30,320 nt of DNA, taken from the IMG/VR virus record IMGVR_UViG_2534681626_000018, one strand, 5' to 3'. This document shows positions 17,993-25,924 of this stretch, in pieces. The position numbers were made by a program, and so were the translations under genes. Position 1 is the first letter of the stretch, and each line of letters starts with the position of its first letter. Origin of the DNA: a virus (lineage: Duplodnaviria; Heunggongvirae; Uroviricota; Caudoviricetes). The notes under the pieces are model-generated. The model did no database searches. It had not been told where the DNA came from and worked only from the letters and a program-made list of their open reading frames with translations.

Positions 17993-18628
17993 ATGAACAC
18001 TCTCGCAAATATTCAGGAACTCGCGCGCGCACTGCGCAACATGATCCGCACCGGCCTTGTCGTCGAAACCAACCTTAAAGCCGGTCGCTGCCGTGTGCAG
18101 ACCGGCGGCATGTGCACCGACTGGCTTCAGTGGCTGACCTGTCGTGCCGGGCGTTCGCGCACATGGTGGGCACCTTCCGTGGGGGAGCAGGTGCTGATTC
18201 TGGCCGTGGGCGGTGAACTTGACACGGCGTTTGTTCTGCCGGGGATTTATTCCGGCGATAACCCCGCGCCGTCTGCGTCGGCGGATGCCCTGCATATCCG
18301 TTTCCCTGACGGGGCGGTGATTGAGTATGAACCTGAAACCAGTGCACTGACGGTAAGCGGAATTAAAACGGCCAGCGTGACGGCTTCTGATTCTGTTACT
18401 GCCACGGTGCCGGTGGTCATGGTGAAAGCGTCAACCCGCATCACCCTGGACACCCCGGAGGTGGTCTGCACCAACAGACTGATTACCGGCACGCTGGAAG
18501 TGCAGAAGGGCGGGACGATGCGCGGCAACATTAAACATACCGGCGGTGAACTCTCATCAAACGGTAAGGTACTGCATACCCATAAACACCCCGGCGACAG
18601 CGGCGGCACAACCGGGAGTCCTCTATGA
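17993..18628 (+). CDS. V: Baseplate spike/assembly protein V
   Basis: 211 aa; position as P2 V. Confidence 0.85.
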   Translation: MNTLANIQELARALRNMIRTGLVVETNLKAGRCRVQTGGMCTDWLQWLTCRAGRSRTWWAPSVGEQVLILAVGGELDTAFVLPGIYSGDNPAPSASADALHIRFPDGAVIEYEPETSALTVSGIKTASVTASDSVTATVPVVMVKASTRITLDTPEVVCTNRLITGTLEVQKGGTMRGNIKHTGGELSSNGKVLHTHKHPGDSGGTTGSPL

Positions 18629-18972
18629 CAGCACGTTATCTCGGAATGAATCGCAGTGATGGCCAGACTGTCACTGACCTTGAGCATATCAGCCAGAGTA
18701 TCGGCGATATCCTGCGCACACCGGTCGGCTCACGAGTGATGCGTCGTGATTACGGCTCGTTGCTGGCGTCAATGATTGACCAGCCGCAGACCCCGGCGCT
18801 TGAGTTGCAGATTAAGGTCGCCTGTTACATGGCGGTGCTGAAATGGGAACCCCGCGTCACCCTGTCATCTGTCACCACGGCGCGCAGTTTTGACGGGCGA
18901 ATGACGGTCACGTTAACCGGCCAGCACAACGACACCGGCCAGCCACTTTCGTTAACCATCCCTGTGAGTTGA
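18625..18972 (+). CDS. W: Baseplate wedge protein W (GPW/gp25 family)
   Basis: 115 aa; ATGA overlap with V. Confidence 0.85.
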   Translation: MTARYLGMNRSDGQTVTDLEHISQSIGDILRTPVGSRVMRRDYGSLLASMIDQPQTPALELQIKVACYMAVLKWEPRVTLSSVTTARSFDGRMTVTLTGQHNDTGQPLSLTIPVS

Positions 18973-18976
18973 AACC

Positions 18977-19885
18977 ATGCCGATTATCGACCTGAACCAG
19001 CTACCCGCACCGGATGTGGTCGAGGAGCTGGACTTTGAAACCATTCTCGCCGAACGCAAGGCGACACTGATTTCCCTTTACCCGGAAGACCAGCAGGAGG
19101 CGGTCGCCCGTACCCTGACGCTGGAATCCGAGCCTCTCGTCAAACTGCTGGAGGAAAATGCTTATCGTGAGCTTATCTGGCGTCAGCGTGTGAATGAGGC
19201 CGCACGGGCGGTGATGCTGGCCTGTGCCGCCGGTAATGACCTTGATGTGATTGGTGCCAATTACAACACCACGCGCCTGATTATCACTCCGGCAGATGAT
19301 TCGACTATCCCGCCGACACCGGCAGTGATGGAATCTGACACCGATTATCGTCTGCGTATTCAGCAGGCGTTTGAGGGCTTAAGCGTCGCCGGGTCGGTGG
19401 GAGCCTATCAGTATCATGGTCGCAGTGCCGACGGGCGTGTCGCGGATATCTCTGTCACCAGTCCGTCTCCGGCCTGCGTCACCATCTCCGTACTGTCACG
19501 TGAAAATAACGGTGTCGCATCCGAAGACCTGCTGGCTGTGGTGCGTAACGCCCTTAATGGCGAGGACGTCAGGCCGGTGGCCGACCGCGTGACCGTGCAG
19601 TCTGCCGCCATCGTTGAATACCAGATAAACGCCACGCTTTACCTTTACCCTGGTCCCGAAAGCGAACCCATCCGCGCTGCCGCCGTGAAAAAACTGGAAG
19701 CGTATATCACGGCACAGCACCGGCTGGGGCGTGACATCCGTCTGTCTGCCATTTATGCCGCTTTGCATGTGGAAGGTGTGCAGCGTGTCGAACTGGCTGC
19801 ACCACTGGCCGACATCGTGCTCAACAGTACGCAGGCGTCTTTCTGTACCGAATACCGCGTCGTGACCGGAGGCTCGGATGAGTGA
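18977..19885 (+). CDS. J: Baseplate protein J
   Basis: 302 aa; position as P2 J. Confidence 0.85.
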   Translation: MPIIDLNQLPAPDVVEELDFETILAERKATLISLYPEDQQEAVARTLTLESEPLVKLLEENAYRELIWRQRVNEAARAVMLACAAGNDLDVIGANYNTTRLIITPADDSTIPPTPAVMESDTDYRLRIQQAFEGLSVAGSVGAYQYHGRSADGRVADISVTSPSPACVTISVLSRENNGVASEDLLAVVRNALNGEDVRPVADRVTVQSAAIVEYQINATLYLYPGPESEPIRAAAVKKLEAYITAQHRLGRDIRLSAIYAALHVEGVQRVELAAPLADIVLNSTQASFCTEYRVVTGGSDE

Positions 19886-20489
19886 TTCGCGACTGCTGCC
19901 GACCGGCTCATCACTGCTTGAAGTTGCCGCCGCAAAAGCCTGTGCGGAAATTGAAAAAACGCCGGTCAGTATTCGTGAGCTGTGGAACCCGGATACCTGT
20001 CCGGCAAATCTGCTGCCGTGGCTGGCGTGGTCATTTTCGGTTGACCGCTGGGATGATAAGTGGCCGGAAGCGACAAAACGCGCTGTTATCCGCGATGCGT
20101 ATTTCATTCACTGCCATAAGGGCACTATTGGTGCGATTCGCCGTGTGGTGGAGCCACTCGGCTATCTGATTGAGGTGAGGGAGTGGTGGCAGCTCAACGA
20201 GGAGCCGGGGACGTTCCGTATCGTTGTCGGCGTGCTTGAGCAGGGTATTACCGAGGAAATGTATCAGGAGCTGGAGCGCCTCGTTGCTGATGCAAAACCG
20301 GCAAGCCGCCATCTGACGGGACTGGCTATCAGTTTAAGTACAACCGGCAACATTTTTGCCGGTGCGGGATGCTATCACGGCGACGCCCTGACGGTTTATC
20401 CCTACACCCCGGAGGCCATTATTGTCGGAGGGGATTATTTCCCGGCCTCGGCCATTCATTTAATTGATAACCTGAGAGTAAACGCATGA
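19878..20489 (+). CDS. I: Baseplate/tail-fibre attachment protein I
   Basis: 203-aa ORF overlapping the J stop (ATGAGTGA); true start may be downstream. Confidence 0.8.
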   Translation: MSDSRLLPTGSSLLEVAAAKACAEIEKTPVSIRELWNPDTCPANLLPWLAWSFSVDRWDDKWPEATKRAVIRDAYFIHCHKGTIGAIRRVVEPLGYLIEVREWWQLNEEPGTFRIVVGVLEQGITEEMYQELERLVADAKPASRHLTGLAISLSTTGNIFAGAGCYHGDALTVYPYTPEAIIVGGDYFPASAIHLIDNLRVNA

Positions 20490-21655
20490 CAGTGAAATAC
20501 TACGCCATTCTGACTAATCAGGGCGCAGCACGGCTGGCTAACGCGACGATGCTCGGCAGTAAGCTGAATCTGACGCAAATGGCCGTTGGTGATGCGAATG
20601 GTGTCTTGCCGACACCAGACCCGGCACAGACAAAACTGATTAACCAGAAACGCATCGCGCCGCTGAATCTTCTGAGTGTTGACCCGAACAACCAGAGCCA
20701 GATTATTGCGGAGCAAATCATCCCTGAGAACGAGGGCGGATTCTGGATCCGTGAGATTGGGCTTTATGATGATGAAGGCGTACTCATTGCGGTGGCGAAC
20801 TGCCCGGAAACGTACAAACCGCAGTTGCAGGAAGGCAGCGGTCGTACCCAGACTATCCGCATGATTCTGGTTGTCACGAATACCGAAGCCATCACGCTGA
20901 AAATCGACCCGTCGGGGGTACTGGCGACCCGTAAATACGTGGATGATGAAGTCCTGGAATTAAAGCTGTATGTGGATGACCAGATGAGAAACCACATTGC
21001 CGCACAGGATCCTCATACCCAGTATGCACAGAAACATAATCCGACATTTACCGGAGAACCAAAAGCGCCGACGCCTGCCGCAGGAAATAACACCACGCGG
21101 ATTGCGACCACTGCGTTTGTACAGGCCGCTATTACCGCTCTGATTAACGGTGCGCCTGCCACGCTGGATACACTGAAAGAAATTGCCGCAGCCATTAACA
21201 ATGACCCGAAATTCAGCACCACCATTAACAATGCGCTGTCAGGTAAGCAGCCACTGGATGAGACGCTGACTCATTTGAGTGGGAAGGATGTTGCCGGTCT
21301 TCTCGCATACCTTGGTTTGGGAGAAGCCAGATATGTCATTCAGCGAGGAGCTAATGCCAATGGTGCATGGGTACGCTGGTCAGATGGTGCAATAGAAGTA
21401 TTTGGAACCGGTGGATCTAATGATAATGGACTGGCTAAAGTCGTTTACCCAATTGCACTGCCTAAACTTTCACGTTTTATCAGTATCGCAGAAAGAATAA
21501 GAACGGATTACGAGAGCACACCTAATAATGTTCACGTTTCAATGATCGTGGATGATCAGGTAACAAATACCGGCTTTTATGCCCGCTGCCAGATGTACGA
21601 CGGCAGACCATCATCAAATGCTTTTTCATGGAGGGTTTATTGTGCGCCTGTTTAA
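20486..21655 (+). CDS. H: Tail fibre protein H (constant N-terminal part + currently expressed variable C-terminal tip)
   Basis: 389 aa; N-terminus resembles P2 H; the last about 114 codons (from 21314) lie inside the invertible segment. Confidence 0.85.
   Translation: MTVKYYAILTNQGAARLANATMLGSKLNLTQMAVGDANGVLPTPDPAQTKLINQKRIAPLNLLSVDPNNQSQIIAEQIIPENEGGFWIREIGLYDDEGVLIAVANCPETYKPQLQEGSGRTQTIRMILVVTNTEAITLKIDPSGVLATRKYVDDEVLELKLYVDDQMRNHIAAQDPHTQYAQKHNPTFTGEPKAPTPAAGNNTTRIATTAFVQAAITALINGAPATLDTLKEIAAAINNDPKFSTTINNALSGKQPLDETLTHLSGKDVAGLLAYLGLGEARYVIQRGANANGAWVRWSDGAIEVFGTGGSNDNGLAKVVYPIALPKLSRFISIAERIRTDYESTPNNVHVSMIVDDQVTNTGFYARCQMYDGRPSSNAFSWRVYCAPV
21300..21325. repeat. Left crossover site of invertible segment (hix/gix-like, 26 bp)
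   Basis: TTCTCGCATACC-TT-GGTTTGGGAGAA: two imperfect 12-bp half-sites around a 2-bp core; lies inside H at codons AYLGLGEA. Confidence 0.6.
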
Positions 21656-21839
21656 TCCAGTTACTTTGACTGAAGTAATCCCCGGTCTTCATGACGTGAC
21701 CGGGGCTATTGAATTACCGGAGGACAACTGGTTTTTTACTATGACAGAAATTCCTCAGGGCATGGAGCTAACAATTAATGAGAAAGGCGAACCAATACTG
21801 ATTGAGGTTAATCAGTCTCAGGGAATACAGGCCAAATAA
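21642..21839 (+). CDS. Small ORF downstream of H (possible short or truncated tail-fibre assembly protein)
   Basis: 65 aa from GTG 21642 with GGAGGG 6 nt upstream; no recognisable Tfa C-terminal motif; overlaps the convergent Tfa' 3' end. Confidence 0.3.
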   Translation: MRLFNPVTLTEVIPGLHDVTGAIELPEDNWFFTMTEIPQGMELTINEKGEPILIEVNQSQGIQAK

Positions 21840-22413
21840 TATCAGGCGCGGTGCTGGTATCTATTGCCGTCACCGCGTCAATGTAATCCAGCACAGCGTT
21901 AAGGCGGGTTGTTTCTGCCTGCGTCAGTTTACGTCCGGCCTGCAATTTCAGCTGAATCAGACTGATGGAAGCCATAGCAGCATCAATCAGAGACTGGCGC
22001 TGTACTTCTGCTGCATCTACTGCGGCGCTATGCTGTGCCTCGGTATCTGTTACCCATTTCTCACCATCCCATTTATCGTATGGCGTTAATGGGGCAAAAG
22101 TGGTCGTATTTTCAGGGTAATCCCCCGGCACAGTAATTTCTTTTGATTCCCCCGTTTCGATGCCATAGACAATTTCACCGCGATGGTCTGGCACATATTC
22201 CCATGAGTTAAAATCTGCAGAACGGCAGATTGCATAACCAGCCTTATGTGTGCCGGGCGCATCGGTACAGGAATTGGCAGGAATACCCACCCCCACAGGC
22301 AGATACTCAACCGATGAGGATATGTATTCGCGGGTGTCGCCCCGGTAGTTGTACACAGTGATTTCTCCTGCCACGGTGGCAATAAACGCACTGTTTAATT
22401 TTGCTTTCGCCAT
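21808..22413 (-). CDS. Tail fibre assembly chaperone (Tfa family), alternative-orientation copy
   Basis: 201 aa; C-terminal motif ...AIDTSTAPDIIWPVFPE typical of lambda Tfa / Mu U-type chaperones. Confidence 0.8.
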   Translation of the reverse strand: MAKAKLNSAFIATVAGEITVYNYRGDTREYISSSVEYLPVGVGIPANSCTDAPGTHKAGYAICRSADFNSWEYVPDHRGEIVYGIETGESKEITVPGDYPENTTTFAPLTPYDKWDGEKWVTDTEAQHSAAVDAAEVQRQSLIDAAMASISLIQLKLQAGRKLTQAETTRLNAVLDYIDAVTAIDTSTAPDIIWPVFPETD

Positions 22414-22997
22414 TATGCAGCCCTCACGATGTAGTTAAATGCAATGTTGCGCGGACGGGTTTCAGATGCGTACACGGACGGATGAGTAACACCGTCTGAG
22501 GTCGATGCCCTGTAAGTCCTGAATGGTGGTAATCCGGTCGCTATTGCGTTGTTATTACCTGTTGGTGAAAGGTCCTTGCGATAAAGGATTACCTTGTCTG
22601 CCCTACTGGTTGCGTCCCATGATGTTCCTGACGACGATGGACTCAGGGCCGCACTGGGTATTTCTGGTACATCGTTGAAAACCGCATAGATATCGCTTTC
22701 CATCTGGTCTGACGGATTACCCACTCCGGTTGGCAGAGCGTGCGCATGGTCCTGGAAAGCAAAACTCTGACAACTGAGAAGTATGCGCCCCTCATCAATC
22801 CCTCGCCCGTCATCCCAGCCACGAATAAACTCACCACGTAAATCTGGCAATTTATTTGTCGGGTAAGCCTTTGCCAGTTCCGGGTATTCTTCAGCAGAAA
22901 AAGCCGCACCATTGCATTTCAGCCAGCCTGTTGGCGGAGTGGCTGAAGGCCACGGAACAGGGACACCAACAGGTAATGCAGAGCCTTCTCCCAAACC
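22413..22997 (-). CDS. Alternative tail-fibre C-terminal tip (Hv'), promoterless and startless; expressed only after inversion
   Basis: 195 codons in frame from the crossover core; the ORF's upstream part (MMPFARYFCIFINV) lies outside the segment; reading frame across the core matches H (see findings). Confidence 0.7.
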   Translation of the reverse strand, partial: GLGEGSALPVGVPVPWPSATPPTGWLKCNGAAFSAEEYPELAKAYPTNKLPDLRGEFIRGWDDGRGIDEGRILLSCQSFAFQDHAHALPTGVGNPSDQMESDIYAVFNDVPEIPSAALSPSSSGTSWDATSRADKVILYRKDLSPTGNNNAIATGLPPFRTYRASTSDGVTHPSVYASETRPRNIAFNYIVRAA

Positions 22998-23011
22998 AAC
23001 GTTTATGAAAA
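22986..23011. repeat. Right crossover site of invertible segment (hix/gix-like, 26 bp)
   Basis: TTCTCCCAAACC-AA-CGTTTATGAAAA; the half-site TTCTCCCAAACC is the exact reverse complement of the left site's inner half GGTTTGGGAGAA; core AA is complementary to the left core TT. Confidence 0.6.
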
Positions 23012-23065
23012 TGCAGAAATAACGAGCAAATGGCATCATTCCTGCTTTTGTCAGAGGGATCCACT

Positions 23066-23659
23066 ATGCTTATTGGCTATGTACGCGTGTCAACAAATGA
23101 CCAGAACACGGAATTGCAGCGTAACGCGCTGGAGTGTGCAGGATGTGAGCTGATTTTTGAGGACAAAATCAGCGGCACGAAGTCCGACAGGCCGGGACTG
23201 AAAAAACTGCTCAGGACATTATCGGAGGGGGATACACTGGTAGTCTGGAAGCTGGACCGGCTGGGGCGTAGTATGCGGCATCTGGTCATTCTGGTTGAGG
23301 AGCTGCGCGAACGCGGCATTAATTTTCGCAGCCTGACGGATGCCATTGATACCAGCACGCCGATGGGGCGTTTTTTCTTTCATGTGATGGGTGCCCTGGC
23401 TGAAATGGAGCGAGAACTCATTGTCGAGCGGACACGCGCAGGACTGGAAGCGGCCAGAGCCAAAGGTCGTATTGGTGGCAGACGACAGAAACTCACCGCG
23501 AGTGAGTGGGAGCAGGCCGGGCGTTTGCTGGCTGCAGGGGAGCCACGTCAACGCGTGGCACTGATTTTTGATATTGGTCTGTCCACGCTCTATAAAAAAT
23601 TTCCCGCCTCAGTGACAAAAAATAAATTGTGTCATCCCTTAGCCAACCGGGACAAATAG
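23066..23659 (+). CDS. Serine DNA invertase (Hin/Gin/Cin/Pin family)
   Basis: 197 aa from ATG 23066 (GAGGGA upstream); N-terminal MLIGYVRVSTNDQ with the catalytic serine context; C-terminal helix-turn-helix region. Confidence 0.85.
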   Translation: MLIGYVRVSTNDQNTELQRNALECAGCELIFEDKISGTKSDRPGLKKLLRTLSEGDTLVVWKLDRLGRSMRHLVILVEELRERGINFRSLTDAIDTSTPMGRFFFHVMGALAEMERELIVERTRAGLEAARAKGRIGGRRQKLTASEWEQAGRLLAAGEPRQRVALIFDIGLSTLYKKFPASVTKNKLCHPLANRDK

Positions 23660-23718
23660 CCTGACATCTCCGGCACAACTGAAAATACCACTCACCCATT
23701 AACCACGGAGTTAAACGG

Positions 23719-24909
23719 ATGAGTGACTATCATCACGGCGTGCAGGTGCTGGAGATTAACGACGGCACCCGCGTCATTTCCACCGTATCCACTGCCATTG
23801 TCGGCATGGTCTGCACGGCCAGCGATGCGGATGCGGAAACCTTCCCCCTCAATAAACCTGTGCTGATTACCAATGTGCAGAGCGCAATTGCAAAGGCCGG
23901 TAAAAAAGGCACGCTGGCGGCATCGTTGCAGGCCATCGCTGACCAGTCAAAACCGGTCACCGTTGTCGTGCGCGTGGAAGACGGCACCGGCGACGACGAA
24001 GAAACGAAACTCGCGCAGACCGTTTCCAATATCATCGGCACCACCGACGAAAACGGTCAGTACACCGGGCTAAAAGCCCTGCTGGCGGCGGAGTCGGTAA
24101 CCGGTGTTAAACCGCGTATTCTCGGTGTGCCGGGGCTGGATACCAAAGAGGTGGCTGTTGCACTGGCATCCGTCTGTCAGAAGCTGCGCGCTTTCGGGTA
24201 TATCAGCGCATGGGGCTGTAAAACCATTTCCGAGGTGAAAGCCTACCGCCAGAATTTCAGCCAGCGTGAGCTGATGGTCATCTGGCCGGATTTCCTCGCA
24301 TGGGATACGGTCACCAGTACCACCGCCACCGCGTATGCCACCGCCCGTGCGCTGGGTCTGCGTGCCAAAATCGACCAGGAGCAGGGCTGGCATAAAACGC
24401 TGTCCAACGTCGGGGTGAACGGTGTTACCGGCATCAGCGCCTCTGTATTCTGGGATTTGCAGGAGTCCGGCACCGATGCTGACCTGCTTAACGAGTCAGG
24501 CGTCACAACGCTGATTCGCCGTGACGGTTTCCGCTTCTGGGGTAACCGTACCTGCTCTGATGACCCGCTGTTCCTCTTTGAAAACTACACCCGCACCGCG
24601 CAGGTGCTGGCCGACACGATGGCTGAGGCGCATATGTGGGCGGTGGACAAGCCTGTCACCGCAACGCTGATTCGCGACATCGTTGACGGCATCAATGCCA
24701 AATTCCGTGAGCTGAAAACAAACGGCTATATCGTGGATGCGACCTGCTGGTTCAGCGAAGAATCCAACGATGCGGAAACCCTCAAGGCCGGAAAACTGTA
24801 TATCGACTACGACTATACACCGGTACCTCCTCTTGAAAACCTGACCCTGCGCCAGCGTATTACCGATAAATACCTGGCAAATCTGGTCACCTCGGTTAAC
24901 AGCAATTAA
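23719..24909 (+). CDS. FI: Tail sheath protein FI
   Basis: 396 aa; same length and position as P2 FI. Confidence 0.9.
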   Translation: MSDYHHGVQVLEINDGTRVISTVSTAIVGMVCTASDADAETFPLNKPVLITNVQSAIAKAGKKGTLAASLQAIADQSKPVTVVVRVEDGTGDDEETKLAQTVSNIIGTTDENGQYTGLKALLAAESVTGVKPRILGVPGLDTKEVAVALASVCQKLRAFGYISAWGCKTISEVKAYRQNFSQRELMVIWPDFLAWDTVTSTTATAYATARALGLRAKIDQEQGWHKTLSNVGVNGVTGISASVFWDLQESGTDADLLNESGVTTLIRRDGFRFWGNRTCSDDPLFLFENYTRTAQVLADTMAEAHMWAVDKPVTATLIRDIVDGINAKFRELKTNGYIVDATCWFSEESNDAETLKAGKLYIDYDYTPVPPLENLTLRQRITDKYLANLVTSVNSN

Positions 24910-24921
24910 GGAGCCTGACCG

Positions 24922-25440
24922 ATGGCAATGCCGCGCAAACTCAAGTTAATGAACGTCTTTCTGAACGGCTACAGCTATCAGGGCGTTGCAAAGTCCGTCA
25001 CGCTGCCAAAACTGACCCGTAAGCTCGAAAACTATCGCGGTGCGGGGATGAACGGCAGCGCACCGGTAGACCTCGGCCTTGATGACGATGCGCTGTCAAT
25101 GGAGTGGTCGCTCGGTGGCTTCCCGGATTCGGTTATCTGGGAGCTTTACGCCGCAACCGGTGTGGATGCCGTGCCGATTCGTTTTGCAGGCTCTTACCAG
25201 CGCGACGATACCGGCGAAACGGTGGCCGTCGAAGGGGTCATGCGTGGACGTCAGAAAGAAATCGACACCGGCGAGGGTAAACAGGGAGAAGACACCGAGT
25301 CGAAAATCTCCGTGGTCTGCACCTATTTCCGGCTGACGATGGACGGCAAGGAGCTGGTCGAAATCGACACCATCAACATGATTGAGAAGGTGAACGGCGT
25401 CGACCGGCTGGAGCAACACCGCCGAAATATCGGCCTGTGA
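24922..25440 (+). CDS. FII: Tail tube protein FII
   Basis: 172 aa; same length and position as P2 FII. Confidence 0.9.
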   Translation: MAMPRKLKLMNVFLNGYSYQGVAKSVTLPKLTRKLENYRGAGMNGSAPVDLGLDDDALSMEWSLGGFPDSVIWELYAATGVDAVPIRFAGSYQRDDTGETVAVEGVMRGRQKEIDTGEGKQGEDTESKISVVCTYFRLTMDGKELVEIDTINMIEKVNGVDRLEQHRRNIGL

Positions 25441-25496
25441 TTTTCATCCGGTCAGCCTGGCTGACCGGTTAACCCTGATTCAGAAGTGAGAAAACC

Positions 25497-25772
25497 ATGA
25501 ACAAAGAAAATGTGATTACCCTGGACAATCCGGTCAAGCGTGGTGAGCAGGTTATCGAACAGGTCACGCTGATGAAACCCAATGCCGGGACGCTGCGCGG
25601 TGTCAGTCTGGCTGCGGTCGCAAACTCCGAAGTCGATGCACTGATTAAGGTGCTGCCGCGCATGACGGCACCGATGCTGACCGAGCAGGAAGTCGCCGCG
25701 CTGGAACTGCCTGACCTTGTGGCGCTGGCCGGTAAGGTGGTCGGTTTTTTGTCGCCGAACTCGGTGCAGTAA
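25497..25772 (+). CDS. E: Tail assembly chaperone E
   Basis: 91 aa; ends VVGFLSPNSVQ; contains the slippery site near its 3' end. Confidence 0.75.
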   Translation: MNKENVITLDNPVKRGEQVIEQVTLMKPNAGTLRGVSLAAVANSEVDALIKVLPRMTAPMLTEQEVAALELPDLVALAGKVVGFLSPNSVQ

Positions 25773-25924
25773 CGTTCCCGAAAAATCTGTCGGTCGATGA
25801 GCTGATGGCGGATGTGGCAGTGATATTTCACTGGCCGCCATCAGAACTGTATCCCATGAGTCTGACCGAACTCATCACATGGCGCGAAAAGGCGCTCCGG
25901 CGAAGCGGAAACACGAATGAGTAA
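25497..25924 (+). CDS. E': E+E' fusion produced by programmed -1 ribosomal frameshift
   Basis: Slippery heptamer GGTTTTTTG at 25743..25751; the -1 frame continues open (FVAELGAVTFPKNLSVDELMADVAV...GNTNE) to the stop at 25922..25924, overlapping the T start; predicted about 142 aa, as for P2 E+E'. Confidence 0.5.

Larger units (their letters stand above)
21314..22997. mobile_element. Invertible tail-fibre DNA segment (G-segment/C-segment type, about 1.7 kb)
   Basis: Bounded by inverted 26-bp hix/gix-like sites; holds two convergent sets of fibre-tip plus chaperone genes; serine invertase gene adjacent. Confidence 0.6.

Noticed and set aside
21579-21641. ATG at 21579 or 21618 as start of the small ORF downstream of H
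   Set aside because: Both lie inside the H coding sequence without a Shine-Dalgarno; the GTG at 21642 with GGAGGG 6 nt upstream is the more plausible initiation site.
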